Shown here one piece after another: positions 20,501 through 29,248 of a stretch of 64,000 nt of DNA. A model generated the notes under the pieces. It ran no database searches. It was not told where the DNA came from and saw only the letters and a program-made list of their open reading frames with translations. A program made the translations under genes and the position numbers. Each line of letters begins with the position of its first letter. Position 1 is the stretch's first letter. The stretch spans positions 384,001 to 448,000 of the forward strand of contig CBDCDA010000001.1 in the NCBI GenBank assembly GCA_965215335.1, given 5' to 3'. Origin of the DNA: an uncultured Candidatus Entotheonella sp. (GTDB lineage: Bacteria > Tectomicrobia > Entotheonellia > Entotheonellales > Entotheonellaceae).

Positions 20501-20825
20501 TGACGTCAGCGCCCGCTATCCACTCGGCGCACGCCTTGGCGAGGTGCTTTTGCCGGAGGGTGCGATTGGGGCTGAGGCCGTTTTCGGTCAAGGTGAAGGA
20601 CTGCGATTCCTTTTTCCCGGGGTCCAGTTCGCCGACAGAGGCCGGGTCGCCGAAGAGGAAACGGACGTCGTCAACCTGGTGCAGCGCATCTTGCAGGGCT
20701 TCGTAGCCGTACACGCTGAAGTAGGCGGAGACGATGCGGAAAATACGGGTGGCGGGGAGATGCTGGTGGAGGTAATCGACGAGCCTGCGGGTGCGGTTGT
20801 CGAGGATGTGTTCGTCTGCTGCCAT
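17559..20825 (-). CDS. PLD(HKD)-nuclease / SNF2-family helicase fusion
   Basis: N-terminal FLHGKMY...VGSSNFT, then ADSVGLGKT, IDESHNFRN, LSATPVN, ATDCISEGQNLQ, QRFGRIDR. ATG 20825 follows a purine-rich RBS. Confidence 0.9.
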   Translation of the reverse strand: MAADEHILDNRTRRLVDYLHQHLPATRIFRIVSAYFSVYGYEALQDALHQVDDVRFLFGDPASVGELDPGKKESQSFTLTENGLSPNRTLRQKHLAKACAEWIAGADVSIRSIGKTNFLHGKMYLAESENHRASVVGSSNFTRSGLGCGAGANLEINLATPDAATHTELREWFDDLWTDDDMTRDVKQDVLDVLNRLGKEHAPELVYYKTLYELFRTDVEARRDGERQLADVHLYDTQVWQALYSFQKDGAISIINRLKAQGGCILADSVGLGKTWTALAVVKYFELQNDNVLVLCPKKLRENWALYPVHNAQRHNPFAADRFGYTLLSHTDISRNTGTADGVDLASFNWSSFKLIVIDESHNFRNDRRPYTNDKGEWQHSRYSRLLEKVIKDGVRTKVLMLSATPVNTSLIDLRNQIYLMTERRDDAFRERLGIRDIGQLLNAAQRQFKQWETRARQGQRDKAKLLESLGADFLRLQDAVSIARSRRQIKTFYADELERIGRFPDHASPDNRYPPTDRDGELSYQALAEQIDRFALSVYRPSVYLVDEARRQQLADEKKTRNFNQADRERFLTAVMRTNFLKRLESSAHSLTLTLSRTIGKIDGLLEQIERYENNAASGNGEVDVQPEADEDDEEFFINRARHPYHLRELDLSRWKQDLRRDRETLRAAHDRIAAVTPARDGKLHEIKQAIRRKAEHPSIDQDGKPNRKLLVFTTFKDTAQYLYDNLSGLAQDLGLHLAMVSGDETRTTCGPNHFNAILTHFAPRARGRADAETGEIDLLIATDCISEGQNLQDCDTVLNYDIHWNPVRLIQRFGRIDRMGSRSRAVGMLNYWPTRDMDAYLRLKSRVQARMALADMAASGDEDPFTEDDARLELDFRDRQLLKLREEILDLDGPDDTPAMSDFTLDYFFAQLLRYLEKNRNELEATPIGAYAVTEPADGPAGPGVIFFLRQLNASTAPRPGQRIASPIHPFHAVHVGHDGYVRFGCANARQVLEAFEAATAGKTDAIRSLCDRFNAETDNGRDMARYDELLNNVLRHVSQMHVRTQLNALKEPGNRGATLPTAGESPRADNFELVTWLVVNDLNRP

Positions 20826-20955
20826 TTGGTTCTGTTCCTCTTCCTGACCGCAACGCATGGCAGGAGCACCCCGCATCTGGCCTGCAACCCGCGGCCCAGG
20901 GCATTTCCGTGTCAGGTTGCATCGTTTGCATGGCGTTGGCCCCCCCCCCACCGGC

Positions 20956-23388
20956 TCACCTACGGGCTGCGTCCTTGTTTCGCCGACTCCCCTTGACGCC
21001 TGGCCGCCGCTGGCGGGCGAGGGCGACGGTGACACCGATGGCGGCGACGAGCAGGTTGGGGAGACCGACGGTGGCGAATTTCCAGAAACGTCGAGCCTCG
21101 GGTGTGGGCTGGCTGATGGTGCGGTCGAGGTGCTTCTTGCCGCGAACGTGGATGAGGTCCTCACCGAGGGTGAGGGCGTCGATGCTGTTGAGGAACAGGT
21201 CGGCGTTGCCGCCGATGAGAAAATTGCGGTGGAACATCTGGGCATTGCCGACAACGATGAGCTTGCCGGGAGAAGCGTCAGGCGTCGGGGCCGCATCGAT
21301 GGGCGGAAACTGGCCCTCCACCAGCACGGCCAAGGGGTATTGCTGACCGGTGGAAGACGGCTCCAGGTTGTCGGCGGTGAGCTCGGCGTCGCTGGGCACG
21401 CGCCAGGCGCGTGGGCTGGTGGCGAACAGAACGGTGGCGTTGAGGCCGTGACTGTACAGCACGTCGGGTTGCAGGCTAAGGGCGCTGCCCCACAGGTAGA
21501 ACAACGGCGCCAGGCGGCTGGTGATGGAGACGGCCGCGTTCATGGCCTGCTGCGGGATGGTCATGTGAAGCGGCAGGTCGAGGGTGATGCCGCTGCCGAC
21601 CAGGGCGTCCACGAGGGTATCGGTGTCGTGCACGGTCATGGCCTGATGGTTGACGTCCATCAGCACCGCGGGATCGACCGCGATGCCGTAGTGCTGCAGC
21701 CAGTCGTTCACCTCGGGATGCTGCGGCTCCTGGGTGATGGACACGTCCTGGCGCCCTAGCGTGTAATTCCAGCGGTACTGCTGGACGGCCAGAAATACCG
21801 ACTTGCCGGCGTGCAGAGCCTTGTGCAACAACAGCTGGTCCTCGTCCGACAGGCGCCGCGGATGCAGCACGGCCACGGTTTTCGCCTCGGGCGGGATGCC
21901 GTCGGCGAGCGACTCGAAGCGCCGCACCTCGTAGCGTTCATGCGCCAGCAGGCGTTCCAGCACGGTGTACGGGTCTTCGGTCTCGGGCAGTGAGCGGCCC
22001 ATTTGCGCATAGAGTTCCCGCATGTATTCCGGCAGGTGCAGCTGGTCGCGCGGCGCGACCAGCGCGACCAGCGGCCGGGTATCACGGCGCAGCTTGTCGA
22101 CAAGGTTGACGAGGCGGTATTCCAGGGTCTCCAGGTCGCGCGGCAGCAGGCGGGGGATGATGGTTTCGGGCTTATCCTCGTAGGCCACGCCGATGGCGGC
22201 GTAGACCAGCTTGTTGACGACGTCGTCGCCCTGCAGCAGCTGTACCGAGAAGGGCCGTACGCCCTGATCCAGAAGGCGTCGCTGCACGTCGGGCATGGCC
22301 ACGTCGTCCGGCGCCGCGGCGGTCTGCGCCGGACGAATCGCGTCGGCCGTTTGCAGATGCACCACCCGGGTGTGCAGGTTGCCGTCGCTGGCCAGGCGCA
22401 TGTCGTCGAGATGATCGCGGACGTCGCGTTCCAGGTAGCGCATGGTGACGGGCAGCTGTTGGCGGGGGGTAATGTACAGGCTCACCTGTACGGGCTCTGG
22501 CAGTTGCCTCAGGATGCGCCGCGACGCCGGCGACAGCGTGTACAGTTTGTCCTCGGTCAGGTCGATCCGTCCCAGATTCTGCTCGGCCAGCAGCCAGTTG
22601 GTGGTGAGACCGACGCTCAGGCAGAGGGCCAGCGCGGCCAGAAAGCCGTTGCGTGTTGCCGGGCGGCTGCGAATTTCCAGAAACAGGCTGTTCAGCACCA
22701 GCCAGACCGCCGTCCAGGTCAGGAAATACACCACGTCGCCGAGCACCAGCAGGCCACGCGTGAAGGTCATGTAGTGCTGTGTCACGCCAACGACCTCCGC
22801 CAGCAGGGTGCCCAGGCCCGGCCAGGCGGCCTCGGCAAGGGTGACGACAAACTCGGTGCCTGCCAGGAAGAACCCGAAGCAGCCGAGCAGCGTGAGCATG
22901 AAGGCGACGATCTGGTCACGGCACAGCGCCGAGATGAACAATCCCAGGGACAGAAAGAAGACGCCGAGCAGGAGGCTGCCGAAGTAGGCGCCGAGGATGG
23001 GGCCGAAATCGGGATTGCCCAGCCAGGCGAGCATCAGCGGCAACACCAGGGTGCCGATCAGAGCGCTGAGGTAGAAGATCAGGCTGGCAAGGAATTTCCC
23101 CAGTACCAATTCGTACGCGCGCATTGGGAAGGTCAGCAGCAATTCCCATGTATTCTGCTTCCGTTCCTCGGCCCACAGGCGCATGCTGACGGCGGGCAGA
23201 AAGACGCACAGGACGATGGGCAGAATGGTGAAGAACACGCGCATGTCGGCCGCCAGAACGGTGAAAAACGGCGCCATGTACAGGCCCGTGGTGAGGCTGA
23301 GAAAGACGATGATGGCAATGTAGGCGATGGCCGACGTGTAGTAGGCGTTCAGCTCGCGACGGACAAGGGTGCGGAGGTTAGCCGACAT
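20956..23388 (-). CDS. ABC-2 permease/GldG-family fusion, copy 2
   Basis: Clear paralogue of 7164..9671 (MRLWAEERKQNTWELLLTFPM, RIDLTEDKLYTLS, GNAQMFHRNFL, FLNSIDALTLG). Confidence 0.88.
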   Translation of the reverse strand: MSANLRTLVRRELNAYYTSAIAYIAIIVFLSLTTGLYMAPFFTVLAADMRVFFTILPIVLCVFLPAVSMRLWAEERKQNTWELLLTFPMRAYELVLGKFLASLIFYLSALIGTLVLPLMLAWLGNPDFGPILGAYFGSLLLGVFFLSLGLFISALCRDQIVAFMLTLLGCFGFFLAGTEFVVTLAEAAWPGLGTLLAEVVGVTQHYMTFTRGLLVLGDVVYFLTWTAVWLVLNSLFLEIRSRPATRNGFLAALALCLSVGLTTNWLLAEQNLGRIDLTEDKLYTLSPASRRILRQLPEPVQVSLYITPRQQLPVTMRYLERDVRDHLDDMRLASDGNLHTRVVHLQTADAIRPAQTAAAPDDVAMPDVQRRLLDQGVRPFSVQLLQGDDVVNKLVYAAIGVAYEDKPETIIPRLLPRDLETLEYRLVNLVDKLRRDTRPLVALVAPRDQLHLPEYMRELYAQMGRSLPETEDPYTVLERLLAHERYEVRRFESLADGIPPEAKTVAVLHPRRLSDEDQLLLHKALHAGKSVFLAVQQYRWNYTLGRQDVSITQEPQHPEVNDWLQHYGIAVDPAVLMDVNHQAMTVHDTDTLVDALVGSGITLDLPLHMTIPQQAMNAAVSITSRLAPLFYLWGSALSLQPDVLYSHGLNATVLFATSPRAWRVPSDAELTADNLEPSSTGQQYPLAVLVEGQFPPIDAAPTPDASPGKLIVVGNAQMFHRNFLIGGNADLFLNSIDALTLGEDLIHVRGKKHLDRTISQPTPEARRFWKFATVGLPNLLVAAIGVTVALARQRRPGVKGSRRNKDAARR

Positions 23389-24346
23389 GGGCTGCGGAGG
23401 CCTCATCGGAAGCGGGTGGAGCCGTGAGGGCGAGGAATGTTTCCTCCAGGGTGGGCGGCTGCACGTGCAGCTCGCCGACGCGCCAGCCTTTGTCGCGGAT
23501 CAGGGTCCCGAGCTGCCGGGGCAGGTCCGTGCCGGCGGCGGCACGCACGTCGAACACGGCGTAGTCATCCGCGGCGTGCACGAAACGGGCACCCAGCAGT
23601 CCGGGAAGGGCTTGCAGGGCCGACTCGACCTCCTGTCGCGGCGCCGCCACCGCCAGGGGCGTACGTTCGTCCTGCCGCAGGTCTCGCCGCAAGTCCGCCA
23701 GCGTGCCGTTGCCGACGATGCGCCCCTGGTTGATGATCACCAGACGGTCGGCGATGGCCTCGACCTCTTGCAGAATGTGGGTGGAGAGCAGCACCGTCTT
23801 GCCGGCGGCGGCGAGGTCCCGGACGAGTTGTCGCACCGCCAGAATCTGGTGCGGGTCGAGGCTGGAGGTGGGTTCGTCGAGGATCACCACCTGCGGATCA
23901 TGGATGAGCGCCTGGGCCAGTCCCAGACGTTGCTGGTATCCCTTCGACAATTCACGGACGAGATGGCGCTCCGCGCCTTCGAGGCCGCAACGTTCCTCCA
24001 CCCAGGCGCGGCGTTGGCGCAGCCGGGCGCCCCGCAGGCCGCGGGCGCGGCCGACAAAATCGAGGTAGGCGCCGGCTCGCATTTCCGGGTATAACGGCAG
24101 CACTTCCGGCAGGTAGCCGATCAGACGCCGTACCGCCAGAGGCTCGTTGCGTACGCTCTTGCCGCCTACGCTGGCGTTGCCGCGCGTGGGATACAGGCAG
24201 GTCGTCAGGATTTTCATGGTCGTCGATTTGCCGGCGCCGTTCGGGCCGAGCAGGCCGACCACCTGACCCGGCTCGACGTCGAAGCTGGCTCCTTCCAGGG
24301 CGACCCGCGGGCCGTAGTACATGGACAGATCAGCGGCGCGAATCAC
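23378..24346 (-). CDS. ABC transporter ATP-binding protein (GldA-like), copy 2
   Basis: GPNGAGKSTTMKILTT, LSKGYQQR, LDEPTS, LSTH. Paralogue of 6200..7156. Confidence 0.92.
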   Translation of the reverse strand: MIRAADLSMYYGPRVALEGASFDVEPGQVVGLLGPNGAGKSTTMKILTTCLYPTRGNASVGGKSVRNEPLAVRRLIGYLPEVLPLYPEMRAGAYLDFVGRARGLRGARLRQRRAWVEERCGLEGAERHLVRELSKGYQQRLGLAQALIHDPQVVILDEPTSSLDPHQILAVRQLVRDLAAAGKTVLLSTHILQEVEAIADRLVIINQGRIVGNGTLADLRRDLRQDERTPLAVAAPRQEVESALQALPGLLGARFVHAADDYAVFDVRAAAGTDLPRQLGTLIRDKGWRVGELHVQPPTLEETFLALTAPPASDEASAAHVG

Positions 24347-24549
24347 GTCGGCCTGCTCCCTTCTTCAGGCTGTTCCGGCCGGTGAACCGTCAACGCGGTC
24401 CGGCGTTGTTCTTCTACCCGGGGCTCGAAGCAAGTCAGGCGTCCCGGCGCCGCTCGGTCCTGCGACACCTCGCCTTCGTGGTGGCGTCGCGGCAAGCGGT
24501 GCACGCGGTAAACGACGCCGTGCGGGCGCTGGGCGGCGAGGTCGTTCAC
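24343..24549 (-). CDS. Small hypothetical protein
   Basis: 68-aa ORF with GTGA overlaps to both neighbours. No recognisable motif. Confidence 0.25.
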   Translation of the reverse strand: MNDLAAQRPHGVVYRVHRLPRRHHEGEVSQDRAAPGRLTCFEPRVEEQRRTALTVHRPEQPEEGSRPT

Positions 24550-24917
24550 GCCCCACAGCCGTTCCGCAGTACCGGCCGCACTATTACGCCACGTTCTGTT
24601 GGACCCGGAGGGCGTGATGCTGGAGGTGCTGTGCCTGCGGCCGGAGGAATAACCGGGGTCAGTGCATCACTGATCGTCATGTCAATCCCCGTACCGCAGA
24701 TTATGCAGAAGTGCCGCTCGTGACGTGTCACCTTGACCGTTTCATTGCAGCATGGAAGGTGCAGGATGTCGAGCAGATCGTCGGTTTCCGCCGGCGCGGG
24801 TGGTGGCTCCGAAAGATCGGAGGTCATGTCGACCTTGAACCGCTGTTCGCAAGAAGGGCATTCCTGCGAGAGGAATCCATCCGCATCTGTTGCAAAGTTT
24901 ATTTCCAATGCCTGCAA
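24546..24917 (-). CDS. Zinc-ribbon-type hypothetical protein (possibly internally deleted)
   Basis: TDADGFLSQECPSCEQRFKV, PCC and FCIICG Cys clusters. The C-terminal part is low-complexity. Confidence 0.5.
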   Translation of the reverse strand: MQALEINFATDADGFLSQECPSCEQRFKVDMTSDLSEPPPAPAETDDLLDILHLPCCNETVKVTRHERHFCIICGTGIDMTISDALTPVIPPAAGTAPPASRPPGPTERGVIVRPVLRNGCGA

Positions 24918-24953
24918 CCCTTTCGATAGCTGAGTGAGGTACAGCCTACCGAC

Positions 24954-27900
24954 TCAAACCACCACCCGCGTCTCCGCATCCCCCGCTGCCAGGGCGTTCA
25001 TGTACGCCAGGATCAGGGCTCGCGTGCGGTAGCGGCCGAATTGCTTTTCGTCCTCGCGGCGCACGATGGGGAAGGTGTCGAGCACGTAGCCAGCGTCATC
25101 GCGGTCGAGGCCGTAGAGGTGAAAATAGAGGGCGTCGAGGCGGGCGCGCAGGTGGCGGCGTTCGTCGTCGTTCCAGGGGAAGGGCGGGCCGTCGCAGCCG
25201 AGGTCGCGAGCGAAGGGCGCCATGTCGTGGGCGGTGCAGGTGAGGCGCAGCACGTGGTCGCGGACGAGAGCGCGGGCGGTTGTCGCGCCGAATGGCCGGT
25301 CGTAGTCGGCAGGGGCGATGATGGGGAGTTGTTCGACGACATACCAGTTCAAATGAGTGCCCTGCGCCTTCTGTCTCGCGACGAAATCCACACACATGGC
25401 GTTCAGATTCGCCACAAGACAAGCACCGGCGAGCCCATCACCTCCAAGGAGCAGAGGGACCGTGTTGCCGTACCCGACCCACGGGCCAATCGACGCGACC
25501 ATCGTTCTCTCGTTTGTGGGATTGGTGATGTCGCGGAAGCCCAGTACCCAACCGCGAGCTTGCGATATGACTGGCGCCACGTCTGACGCCGGAACCCAGT
25601 ACTGCGTTTGCGGAAGGAAACCGGGGTCGGCGTGCTGCGCCTCGCTGACCGCCTCGCTCAGGTAGGGATTGTGCGTGCTCTCCGGGTTGACGCGAACCGA
25701 ATTGGCGCGGTGGTCGAAGTGCCAAATCATCCGGCCCTGATACAGCGGCAGGTACAGGTCCTCCCCCCGTTTCCAGCGATTGCCCTGCACCGGATAGAAC
25801 CCCTCCGCATCGAGCTGCGCGGCGGTGCGGAAGCGGTGCGAATCGTTGGTCATGTCGAACATGCGTACATACTTCACTGGCCACGCCTTGCGCTCGCTGC
25901 CGTCCGAGCGGTCCACCAGAACCGGGTGGCGCTCATAGATGCGGCGGGTGAGGTCGGCGTCGCGCCGGGTGCGGAACACCGGCGCGGTGCCGGTGTTGGG
26001 GTTGACGCGGGCAAAATCGGACGGCGAAAGCGGGAAGCAGCGGTCGGCGTCGTCAAGCTCTGCGGTGTCGTGCAGGAAGAACGCGCAGCGCGTCTCGTCG
26101 AAGCGCCGCGCTGCGCCACCGACGATCAGGGCGCAGAATTTGAACGAAGCATGAATGTCCTTGAAGAAGATTTTCTTGTTCTCGAAATCGAACAGCCCAC
26201 CCAAGCGCCCGCTTGTGGACACGGACCTGAAGAAGCCGGCCGCCGTCTTGTCGGCGTAAATGCCCGACGGCGTCAGCAGGCCGACGAGGCCGTCCGGCTT
26301 GACCAGGCGCAGGGCGCGCTCGACGAACAGCGAATACAGGTTGATGTCGCCGCCGCCGAGCAGGGGATAGTCGCCGGACACCCGCACCAGTCGGCCCAGG
26401 TTGTCGGCGCGCGTCCTGGCGTCGTCGAACGCCCCGGCCAGTGGGCCGGCGGCGTCGCGCAGCCGCTGGATGCCCTGTCGCCGCGCTGCCGCGGTGGGCG
26501 CCAGCGCCAGATCGGGGGCGCGGGTGGCGAACCATTCGACTTCCTGCAGCTTGATGCGGTCCCACGGCGGGTTGCCGATGACGGCGTCGAAACCGCCCGC
26601 CGGGCGAACGTTCTGCCAGTGTTGCCAGACGCCGGGAAAGGCGACCTGCCAGTGCAGGAAGCCCTCGCGGTCGGCAATGGCGCGGGCCTTGCGCCACAGG
26701 TCGGTGAACTGCGTCCAGGCCGCGGCGTCGGCACCGGGCGGACGCTCGGCACGCTCCGGGCCACGCGCCAGCAGACGGTAGGCGTCGTCCCGCAAGGCCG
26801 CCACCAGTTGACCTTCCGCCCGGTCTTTCTCGCGCGTCTTCATGCTGGCCGTCATCCATCGCCAGCCGCAGAAAAAGTCGAGCAGGCCGCGCAGGTCGGC
26901 GGTCGTTTCCTCCACCCGCGCGAACAGCGACGCCGATTCCCGCACCTCGGCCACGTCGGCGTCGGACATCGCCTCGATGCGCTGCATCCCGGCGGTGGCG
27001 GCCTCGGCGCCGGCGATGGCGGAACCGGCGAACAGGCCACCGAGGCGGTGCAACTCGCCGGTGGCGTCCTGCACCCGAAGCCCGATGAGCGAGTCGCCGA
27101 CCCGCAGGTGGTGGTCCAGAAAGGACAACGGCGCGCCCACCGTGAAGCTGTGCAGCCACAGCGACACCTTGGCCAGTTCCACCGTCAGGCGGTTCTTGTC
27201 GACCCCGTAGATGCAGCGCTTGAGCACCAGGCGGCGGATGATGGCCTGATCCGTCAACTGGGCTTCGTCGATGACCCAGTTGGACGCCGCGGCGCGTTGC
27301 AGGAGGTCGTGCCGGATACGTTCGACGCGCTGCACCAGCGGCGAGGCGTAGTCGTCCAGCCACGCCGGGACGGCGGGGACGTGGTCGATCAGTTCGGCGA
27401 TGGTGTCGGACAGGAAGTCCACCGCGGTGACCAGGAAATGGCCGCTGCCCATCGCCGGGTCGAGAACCTTGAGGTCCAGCACCGCTTCGGCCGGGTCGAG
27501 CCTGCGGAGTTCGGCGTGCCGTGCCGCCTTGGGCCGGCGGTCGCCTTGCAGCGCCGCGGCCTTGTCCTCGAACGCCTGGCGCCGTTCTTCCGTCAGGGGC
27601 TTCAGGGTGCGGTCCACGATCAGATCGACGAGTTCCTGGGGCGTATAGAAGCTGCCGCTGTCCTTGCGGGCGTAGGCGTTGGGGCGGATGGTCACCGTCG
27701 CGGAGCCGTCGTCGCCGCGCACCGGCTCGCGCTCCAGCAGGCGTTCGTAGATGGAGCCGAGTTGCTGCACGGACATGTCGCGGTAGTTGACGAAGCGGGC
27801 CTCGCGGTGGCTCATGGCGTGGATGATGGGGGCGACGGCGGCGTCCGGCAGGCGAACGGTTTCCAGCAGGGGGGCGGCTTCGGGCGCGAACAGGCCGCCG

Positions 27901-28958
27901 TTGTATGGCGGCAGGCCGATGGAGGCGTCGCCCTGGTCGATGAGGGCAAACAGGGTCGTCAGGTGGTTGTAATAGCTCGCGGCGTGGGTGGAGAAGGTGT
28001 CGCCGTCGTGCGTACGCCGCGCCACGTCGTCGCGTACCCGCTGGCGCAGGCCGTAGTCGTCATAGCGCGGGTCGTTGACGGGCAGCAGCCCGCGGTCTTC
28101 GGCGTAGAGCACGAACAGCAGCCGGTACAGGAAGACCAGCGCCGCGTCGCGGATTTCCGACAGATCTCGGGACGATTGCCGGGCGAGGGCGGTTACAAGC
28201 GCCGGGAACACGGTATCGAACACCACGTTGGAGAGGTCGCGCGCCACCTGCTCCTCATAGCGGCGCCCGTCGGCGAGCGCGGTTTCGAGGAAAGGCACCG
28301 GCGCGCCGTCCTCGAGGGTGAAGGCAGCGCGGCGGAACAGCAGGTAGAACGTGCGCAGCGCGTCCTCGTTACCGGGTCGCAGCAGGGCGGCCAGGTCGGC
28401 CTCGTGGTAGCCGCTGGCACGCGGCCGGGCGTGGTGGTCGTATAACCGCCAGACGTCGCCGCTGGTCAGGATGCCCCAGCGCAGGCGCCCGTCGGTGACG
28501 CTGTCGGCGGTGGCCAGATAGCGGCGTATCTGCCCGTGCGGCGTGCCGGCCCGGCCCTTGTCGGTTGCGTCGCGGATATCAAGGGGAAGGGCGAACCGCT
28601 TGCTCTCTACGATCAGCAGGGCGTCCCGGTAGCGTGCTTCGGAGTCGCTGCGGCTGGCGGCGCGGGCCTTGGATGCGGCGTCGGCGAACAGCAGATGGTC
28701 GGGGATGTCCTCGTTGCGCGCAGTGCCTTGCTGGGGCAGGGAGTGGATCCAGCCGAGCAACGCCAGCACGGGCCGGATCAGGTCCTGTTCGGTGACCGAT
28801 TCGTTGGGGCTGCCGTAACAGCTGAACGCCTCGAAGCGCTCGGCCACGGCGCCGGCGAAGACGGTGAAGGCTTGCGGTTGCCCGACCGACGCCTCCCACT
28901 CAAGGGTGTGCCGGATGCCGTCGGTCAGGAAGTACTGGGTGAACAGCTGGCCGGGCAT
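24954..28958 (-). CDS. Type IIG restriction endonuclease-methyltransferase fusion
   Basis: N-terminal PD-(D/E)XK-like IPDHLLF...IVESKR and WGILTSG..WRLY. MTase GSFYTP, LDPAMGSGHF, IYGVD, VIGNPPW. C-terminal TRD ending LDALYFHLYGL. Confidence 0.92.
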   Translation of the reverse strand: MPGQLFTQYFLTDGIRHTLEWEASVGQPQAFTVFAGAVAERFEAFSCYGSPNESVTEQDLIRPVLALLGWIHSLPQQGTARNEDIPDHLLFADAASKARAASRSDSEARYRDALLIVESKRFALPLDIRDATDKGRAGTPHGQIRRYLATADSVTDGRLRWGILTSGDVWRLYDHHARPRASGYHEADLAALLRPGNEDALRTFYLLFRRAAFTLEDGAPVPFLETALADGRRYEEQVARDLSNVVFDTVFPALVTALARQSSRDLSEIRDAALVFLYRLLFVLYAEDRGLLPVNDPRYDDYGLRQRVRDDVARRTHDGDTFSTHAASYYNHLTTLFALIDQGDASIGLPPYNGGLFAPEAAPLLETVRLPDAAVAPIIHAMSHREARFVNYRDMSVQQLGSIYERLLEREPVRGDDGSATVTIRPNAYARKDSGSFYTPQELVDLIVDRTLKPLTEERRQAFEDKAAALQGDRRPKAARHAELRRLDPAEAVLDLKVLDPAMGSGHFLVTAVDFLSDTIAELIDHVPAVPAWLDDYASPLVQRVERIRHDLLQRAAASNWVIDEAQLTDQAIIRRLVLKRCIYGVDKNRLTVELAKVSLWLHSFTVGAPLSFLDHHLRVGDSLIGLRVQDATGELHRLGGLFAGSAIAGAEAATAGMQRIEAMSDADVAEVRESASLFARVEETTADLRGLLDFFCGWRWMTASMKTREKDRAEGQLVAALRDDAYRLLARGPERAERPPGADAAAWTQFTDLWRKARAIADREGFLHWQVAFPGVWQHWQNVRPAGGFDAVIGNPPWDRIKLQEVEWFATRAPDLALAPTAAARRQGIQRLRDAAGPLAGAFDDARTRADNLGRLVRVSGDYPLLGGGDINLYSLFVERALRLVKPDGLVGLLTPSGIYADKTAAGFFRSVSTSGRLGGLFDFENKKIFFKDIHASFKFCALIVGGAARRFDETRCAFFLHDTAELDDADRCFPLSPSDFARVNPNTGTAPVFRTRRDADLTRRIYERHPVLVDRSDGSERKAWPVKYVRMFDMTNDSHRFRTAAQLDAEGFYPVQGNRWKRGEDLYLPLYQGRMIWHFDHRANSVRVNPESTHNPYLSEAVSEAQHADPGFLPQTQYWVPASDVAPVISQARGWVLGFRDITNPTNERTMVASIGPWVGYGNTVPLLLGGDGLAGACLVANLNAMCVDFVARQKAQGTHLNWYVVEQLPIIAPADYDRPFGATTARALVRDHVLRLTCTAHDMAPFARDLGCDGPPFPWNDDERRHLRARLDALYFHLYGLDRDDAGYVLDTFPIVRREDEKQFGRYRTRALILAYMNALAAGDAETRVVV

Positions 28959-28963
28959 ATCCG

Positions 28964-29222
28964 TTACGCTCCGTGGTCCGAGAGGATAGGGACTTTATGC
29001 AAGGCTTCACTGGCGACCGGCTGTGAAGGCGCCAGCATCGCTTCCAGTCGCTCTTTCAGCTCTTCGGTATCTGCCGGGCGATTGCCGGAGGGCGGGGCCT
29101 GGGTGTGCTGCCTGCCGAACCAGAACACCAGGTAGATGCCGTATCCGTCGGTGTCCGGGGCGTTCTTTCGTGTATTGGGCGATCAACCGGTTTCGCAGGG
29201 CGCTACATACGTCTCGGTTCAG
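28964..29222 (-). pseudogene. C-terminal remnant of a large NACHT/STAND-type protein (nuclease-like tail)
   Basis: Manual translation RDVCSALRNRLIAQYTK/PDTDGYGIYLVFWFG...PPSGNRP...EELKERLEA (one frameshift). GYGIYLVFWFG is a motif I recognise from the C-termini of large NACHT-domain proteins. Confidence 0.5.
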
Positions 29223-29248
29223 GGCCTATAAAAGGGCTGTCATTGGGC

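Noticed and set aside
25608..28445. 945-aa plus-strand ORF, and similar long ORFs at 9048-11069, 14211-16157, 19056-20996 and 41484-43217
   Set aside because: Antisense shadows of well-supported genes in high-GC DNA, with no protein motifs.
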